Assembly: GCF_000142905.1 (NCBI RefSeq)
Contig: NW_013657635.1
Coordinates: 188,100-250,306, forward strand
DNA: 62,207 nucleotides
Origin: Thecamonas trahens ATCC 50062
Lineage: Eukaryota > Protista > Apusomonadida
Reading direction: 5' to 3'
A program made the translations under genes and the position numbers. Below, one piece after another: positions 56,983 through 62,207 of this stretch (the stretch's first letter is position 1; every line of letters starts with the position of its first letter). The notes below the pieces were generated by a model that was given only the letters and a program-made list of their open reading frames with translations, was not told where the DNA came from and made no database searches.

Positions 56983-59900
56983 ATGCGGCATCACAAGCCA
57001 ACGGACCGAGCACCCAAGGCCAACGCAACGGAAGCAAGGTTTGTGGGCCATTTTGCGGGGAGGTTCAAGACGGTGCTGTCTGCGGTGTATGTGGCGCCGA
57101 GTCATGCGGTAGTGACCTCGCATGCACGGACAGTCCGCAGTTGGAGTGTGGCTAATCGACGGCTGATGGCGTTTGTCTCGACTGATCAGCCGCTCACATG
57201 TTTGGTGTACTCTCGTGCACACAACGTTATATATGGTATGTATGCTCATGATGCCATTGCTGTTCATGATGCTGCTTCTCTGACTCTTCTCGTTCGCGTC
57301 GCTACCTTGAGATCAATGGTCACCATGGTCGGTCTCCACGGCTCGGCGAGACTCCTTGTCGCCGCAAAACCGTCTCTCTTTCAGCTCTGGGGCTTTCACC
57401 ACGTTGCTGATCGGCATACTCGCAAGATCGATGTGTATGAAGGTGCCATGATCCGCGAAGTGCCGCACTCGCTGCCTTGGATCTCACACTTGGTCGCCGA
57501 TCCGTCGCTCCCCCGCGTCTTTGCCTATCTCGACTCGACCGTCTACGTCGTCTCGACAGAGTCGGGCGAGACACTCATTCAGACCAACCTGGGCTCGCCC
57601 ATCACGGCGCTCGAGTACTCGGCACGGTTCCAGCTTGTCGCTGTCGCCACGCTCTCGTTTGCCATCCAGGTCTTTGCCATCGCAGACTCGCATCTTATCC
57701 TCTGGGATGTCCTGCTCGGCCACACCCGGCGAGTCAACGCCCTTGCCATGGCGGAGAACGCGTTCATCCGCCCACCAGCCTCGTTTGAGGCTCGCCGCGG
57801 GCGTGACATTGTGCTGGCGTCGCCGCCTGCCTCCGAGCCCGAGCTCGAGCCCGAGCTCGAACCCGAGCTCGAACCCGAGCCTGAGTCCAGCGCCAGCAGC
57901 ACCTCAAGTTCCGGCTCGGCACCGTCTCCGCTTCGCACGTCCGAGACAAGCAGTGACTTTCCGCCCTCGCCGCTCACCTGCCTCATGGCCTCCGTCGCTG
58001 ACGACGGGGTCGTCAAACTCTGGCACGTCCCGTCTGGCACCGAGCTCGCGGCCCACGTGCTCGGCCGGCCTGCGCTCGAGGGCTCGATCCTGACTGCGCT
58101 CTCGAGCGGGCACTCGGCCGCGAGGCGTGCTGCTCAGCACGCGGCCGCCGAGCTCACCGCCGCGCTCGGCGACCACGGCGGGGACGAGCCGGACGCAGCC
58201 GGCACCAGCGAACCCGAATCGGCCTTTCTACTGCCGTCGCCACCCGAAGCGATACTCTGGTGCCGGCACGCGCTCTGGTCAACACCGACCTTCACCGCGC
58301 CGACGCTGGTGACTGTGACCGGGCCGATACTCTCGCTTCTCTCTGTGGAAGAGCGACCGACACAGCTACTCGAGTGCGACTCGCTGGTGGCGCATCTTAC
58401 GGTGGCCGACGGCTACATTATGGCGGCGACGGTTGACAACGTCGTGTTCCGGCTTGCGCTCCCGGATCCGGCATCTGAAGTATCGCTCGTCGACCAGAAT
58501 CTTGCACCACAGGGCTACGCTTTTGACGCCCACCTCCGCGCACTCTTTGAGCGCAAGCGAGTCGCCGACCGCATCGCCGCCGCCCGTCAAGAGCTCGGCG
58601 AGTCTTATCTCATCAACGAGGCGACGCTGGAGGCCGAAGCCACCGCACTCGATGAGGACGATGCCCGCGTCGCGCTCGTGCCCTCGCTCCTCCGTCGCAC
58701 CCGCTCCAATCGCATCATGTTCTCGCTCCCCACCACGGTTGCTCGCCGTCGCGAGAGTCGCAAGCAGGCCGAGAAAGAGGCTCGCAATATGCTTTCTGAA
58801 AAGGCGCAGATCGCGAGAATGACCAAAGGCCTTGGCAAGCTGGAAAGCGAGCCATCGGTTCGCTCCATCAGCATCGAAGCCAAGCAACCCGGCGGCGAGG
58901 AGCTTGGCAGGGGCGACGCCGCCGACGTCATCGACAGGCTCCGGACTGAGATCCTGGCCCAGCGTGGGCTGCCATCGATCACCGCCCTTCTCATTCCGCC
59001 GCCACACCTTCGCCTTGAAAGCTACATTGTCGGCTACGACTCGGGCCGTGTCGAGCTTGTCAACTACGCCATTCCCGACCGCCGGCCGGCATGGAAAGCC
59101 GCCAGCGAGGACGCCACAAGTACTGGCAAACTCCCGGCCGAGGCAGTCCCGACCCATATCAAGTACGGAACCGGCAATATCAAGATCCGCAACGTGGAGC
59201 AGGACGATGTCGCAGTCCTTGACCCTGGCGTCTCGTTTGACGTCTCGACGGTCAACGCTGAGCATGTGACGCAGCTGATCTGGTTTCACCAGCCGCAAGG
59301 CAGCGCAATGTTCCACGTGTGCACTCACGGCATGCCGAGCACCGCCACCACGGCCATGGCGGCAGCTGTTTCCGCGCTCGGCACCGCCGTCGCCCGCGCT
59401 GTCGGCTCGGGCCGGGAAGCGAATGAGGCTGAAGCCGCGGACGCGGACGAGGACGGGGACGAGACCGAGACCGAAGTCATGTCCGAGGGAGAGACTGCGA
59501 AGACTACGGCTACGCCAGACGTGCCACGAGGCGATCCAATTCTAGTCGCCGCCGGCTGCATGTCGGGGCGTGTCAAGGTGTGGTGCTTGCGGTGCCAGAT
59601 GGCGGTGACCGAGCTGGCGCTGTTTGAGCCGTCGGACGCGGTGCTTCTCCTGCGAGCAATGCCAGAGCTTGGGCTTGTGGTCGGCGTCTCGTCGTCAGGA
59701 GTGGTTGACACGTTTGACACACGGAGCTTGAGCCCGGCGGTGCAGCGGTTCCACTGCGCGCCGATGTTTGTGTCTGCGGCGGTCCACATGGGCTCGTCGC
59801 TCGAGTCGCGGCTGGCGCGGCTGCACGCGCACGGGGTGCTCATCTCTGCGGTAGCGGTTGGCGACGACGGCTTTGTCATTCTCGGCTCGCAGCACGGTGC

Positions 59901-61362
59901 GCTGGCGACGCTGCGGATCCGTGGCGATGCAGCGTCAGGCCGACTCACCACGCTCCGCAAGGGCCGTGTCCTTGAGTTTCACCGTCGGCAAGTGGCCGAC
60001 GTGGCGCTATGCCAGGCGTCGAACCATGGCGCGGCGGTGTCGGTCGACGGCGTGCTGACGGTGTGGGACATCCAAAATGGTGTCCTCCTCCATGTCCTTC
60101 ACGGCATCGACCATCTGCTTGGTATGTCGCTGGTGCCAGCGCTCGAGGATTTGGTTCTCATTGTCGGCTTTGCGGTGATGTACCTGCGGAGCCATGCGCG
60201 GCACACGTGCTCCCCGGTCGGCCTGGCGGCCATGACTGAGCGCTCGGGCGTGGCCGAGGACGAGGTTTGGCAGCGCAATGCGTCGTCTGCCGCCAAGGTT
60301 GTGGCGCTGGACGAGTCCGCGACAAAGGCGACTATCGCCGAGCTGGCTGCATCCGAGTTTGCCGCCGGCCTTCGCTATGTCCGCGGCGCCGCCCGCGACC
60401 GCTCGCTCCACCGCAATGCGGTACCGGGCGCGTTCTGGGACCGCGACTCTACATCGGGCTCCTGCTCAGAGTCGACGCCGGAAGGCGAGCTCATCCGCCC
60501 GTTTGACGACGTCCTCCCCACGCAGTCGATCGCTGCCCTCGAGGCCGACTTGCAGCGCTCTGATGGCAGCCTGGCGCTGCCGCGAATCCCTGCTGCCGAG
60601 CTCTCTGCAGGCTCGGTCGAGTACAGCGCCCGGTCCGACTGCAGTGGCGGGGACGGGTCCGGCAGCGGCAGGGCGGCGCTGTCGGCGGTCGAGCGGGTGA
60701 GCGCGAGGGTGAAGACACGGTACTCTAACCGCGACAGCGCGGGCTTGGCTCCGGCGCGACTGCTCGAGTCGGTCATCCCGGGCGGAACCGGCCGCGACAT
60801 GCTGGGCGTGACTGATGACGGCACCGGCGGGTCGCGATCGGGCTCAGGCTCGTGTAGACAGGTGGCGTCGCTCCTTGGAGCACTGGAGACGCTGCTGCCG
60901 GAGGTGGGGATCTCGTCGTCGCCGCCGCCACTGGCTCCTGCTCAGCATCTTGATTTTTTGCGCGAGACGCGCGCCGAGCCAGTTCAGCCTGGAGGCGATC
61001 CGCGACTCGACACTATGCTCGACGACGAGCACCGGGTGTACCGGATCCAAGCCGCGTTTGGGCTCGCGCCCGCACTGTCGCCGGCATCTGCGCCTACGCC
61101 GTCGCCGCGGAGCCGGCCGGTGGCAGACGCACCCGAAGCTGACGACGGCGCATCCGACCCGCGCGAGGCGATGCGGCGGGCGGCGCTCGTTCGCATCGCC
61201 ACGCCGCCGAGCCCGGGCGGACGGCGGATCCGGCTCGACGCCGGCCCGCTGCCGGCGCGGAGGCGGCAGCGCGGCAGGGGAGTCCGGCGCGGCCGCAGTC
61301 ACCGCCCGCCACACAAGCTCCCGCCACTCACTGGGGTGGGCATCACACCCAACATGGTTTAG
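56983..61362 (+). CDS. Large WD40-repeat protein (paralogue B)
   Basis: LLGHTRRVNAL, ASVADDGVVKLWHV and AVSVDGVLTVWDI; uninterrupted ORF of ~1460 aa. Confidence 0.85.
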   Translation: MRHHKPTDRAPKANATEARFVGHFAGRFKTVLSAVYVAPSHAVVTSHARTVRSWSVANRRLMAFVSTDQPLTCLVYSRAHNVIYGMYAHDAIAVHDAASLTLLVRVATLRSMVTMVGLHGSARLLVAAKPSLFQLWGFHHVADRHTRKIDVYEGAMIREVPHSLPWISHLVADPSLPRVFAYLDSTVYVVSTESGETLIQTNLGSPITALEYSARFQLVAVATLSFAIQVFAIADSHLILWDVLLGHTRRVNALAMAENAFIRPPASFEARRGRDIVLASPPASEPELEPELEPELEPEPESSASSTSSSGSAPSPLRTSETSSDFPPSPLTCLMASVADDGVVKLWHVPSGTELAAHVLGRPALEGSILTALSSGHSAARRAAQHAAAELTAALGDHGGDEPDAAGTSEPESAFLLPSPPEAILWCRHALWSTPTFTAPTLVTVTGPILSLLSVEERPTQLLECDSLVAHLTVADGYIMAATVDNVVFRLALPDPASEVSLVDQNLAPQGYAFDAHLRALFERKRVADRIAAARQELGESYLINEATLEAEATALDEDDARVALVPSLLRRTRSNRIMFSLPTTVARRRESRKQAEKEARNMLSEKAQIARMTKGLGKLESEPSVRSISIEAKQPGGEELGRGDAADVIDRLRTEILAQRGLPSITALLIPPPHLRLESYIVGYDSGRVELVNYAIPDRRPAWKAASEDATSTGKLPAEAVPTHIKYGTGNIKIRNVEQDDVAVLDPGVSFDVSTVNAEHVTQLIWFHQPQGSAMFHVCTHGMPSTATTAMAAAVSALGTAVARAVGSGREANEAEAADADEDGDETETEVMSEGETAKTTATPDVPRGDPILVAAGCMSGRVKVWCLRCQMAVTELALFEPSDAVLLLRAMPELGLVVGVSSSGVVDTFDTRSLSPAVQRFHCAPMFVSAAVHMGSSLESRLARLHAHGVLISAVAVGDDGFVILGSQHGALATLRIRGDAASGRLTTLRKGRVLEFHRRQVADVALCQASNHGAAVSVDGVLTVWDIQNGVLLHVLHGIDHLLGMSLVPALEDLVLIVGFAVMYLRSHARHTCSPVGLAAMTERSGVAEDEVWQRNASSAAKVVALDESATKATIAELAASEFAAGLRYVRGAARDRSLHRNAVPGAFWDRDSTSGSCSESTPEGELIRPFDDVLPTQSIAALEADLQRSDGSLALPRIPAAELSAGSVEYSARSDCSGGDGSGSGRAALSAVERVSARVKTRYSNRDSAGLAPARLLESVIPGGTGRDMLGVTDDGTGGSRSGSGSCRQVASLLGALETLLPEVGISSSPPPLAPAQHLDFLRETRAEPVQPGGDPRLDTMLDDEHRVYRIQAAFGLAPALSPASAPTPSPRSRPVADAPEADDGASDPREAMRRAALVRIATPPSPGGRRIRLDAGPLPARRRQRGRGVRRGRSHRPPHKLPPLTGVGITPNMV

Positions 61363-61387
61363 CCTGTAAACGCATCAGGTGCGTGGC

Positions 61388-62178
61388 TCAAGAGCTGTTG
61401 TCATCGCTCTCGCTGCCGCTCTCGGGAGGCGGAAGAGCAGCGAGAACGAGAGCAAAGTCTGCGTCGAGACTGGAGACCTGCTCAGCAATCCAGCCGAGGT
61501 CGTCTGGGCCAGCCGCCTGCTTGCGGAGATGTGCGAGCTGGCGCTCGTCGCGCTCGTTGCGCTCCTCGTCGTCCGAGTCAGCGAAGACCAGCGAGCGCGA
61601 GCGCGAAAAGGCCGAGTCGACCCGGGCCTGCAGCGACCGGTTGGTCTCGACAAGTTGCGCCAGCGCCGGCGAGAGGTCAAGCTGCAGCGCATCGATGGCG
61701 GCATTCCACTTTCTCGGATCGCCGCCCGCTGCCCGGAGCCGGGCCACGTGGAAGTCGAGCTTGGCAGCAGGATCGTCCGGCGAGTCCAAGCTCTCTTCGG
61801 CAGTCGACACGCCGATCTCATCACTGGCGGCGCACGTTGCTACCAGTGTGCGGGAGGCAGGCAGCGGAAAGGCGTCATCGACTTCTTCCCACAGCCTTCT
61901 CGCCACATCATCAGCAGCAGCCCGCGGAGAGAGGACCAACGGGCGCGGGTGGGAGGAAGGCATCTGATGAGCAGCGCTCAAGCGGAGAGACGGTCTCTCC
62001 TGTCGCGATGTGGCAGCCAGCGGAGACATGCCCAGAGAGTCGAGTCGGCGAGGTACCGCCGTGGCGCGGGTTCTGGCGCGGATGGCCTCGAGCGAGTGCG
62101 AGAGCATGTTGAGGGTGCGGTCCGAGTTGGCGGCGAGGTTGGCCAGACGGCCTGTGGCTGGAGGAACGGCAGAGACAT
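61388..62178 (-). CDS. Hypothetical protein with coiled-coil tendency; start uncertain
   Basis: ORF 61388-62107 stays open upstream. ATG 62178 follows a C-rich leader but is one base out of frame, or the gene continues beyond the window. Confidence 0.55.
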
Positions 62179-62207
62179 GGCGGGCGTGGCGGGTGGGTGG
62201 GAGGCGG

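Noticed and set aside
36476-61362. Functional ciliary gene cluster (BBS2, LRRC72, WD40 pair)
   Set aside because: Interspersed with unrelated genes, the WD40 ciliary role is unproven, and such density is plausible by chance in a flagellate.

Overview
GC-rich, gene-dense, intron-poor eukaryotic (protist) DNA. BBS2 and an LRRC72-like gene imply a flagellated cell. The overall style resembles the apusomonad Thecamonas, but that is an unverified impression. About 23 protein-coding genes lie mostly in tightly packed convergent pairs, separated by low-complexity divergent spacers. The genes are: an FG-GAP/beta-helix multi-TM surface protein, LMW-PTP, Hsp70, an LPMO-like membrane protein, a HARE-HTH protein, F-box/LRR, an actin-fragment/ZnF/vWA protein, an EF-hand protein, a Yak1-type kinase, PIG-Z, LENG8/Thp3, C2-C2-SAM, an LRR-acidic-repeat protein, two WD40 paralogues, a LanC-like protein, RING-PHD, BBS2, TMEM135, importin-11, LRRC72 and hypotheticals. 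About ten reading-frame breaks, mostly at homopolymers, look like sequencing errors, so several genes span more than one ORF of the supplied track. No rRNA, tRNA, CRISPR or transposon was seen. Best leads: (1) a membrane-anchored His-brace (LPMO-like) EGF protein; (2) a cytosolic-type Hsp70 that gains a mitochondrial-like presequence via a 5' intron and lacks EEVD; (3) a near-intact actin N-terminal fragment inside a Sec23-like ZnF/vWA protein; (4) a homogenised FG-GAP array with hypervariable positions; (5) a consistent intron, promoter and 3'-end grammar.
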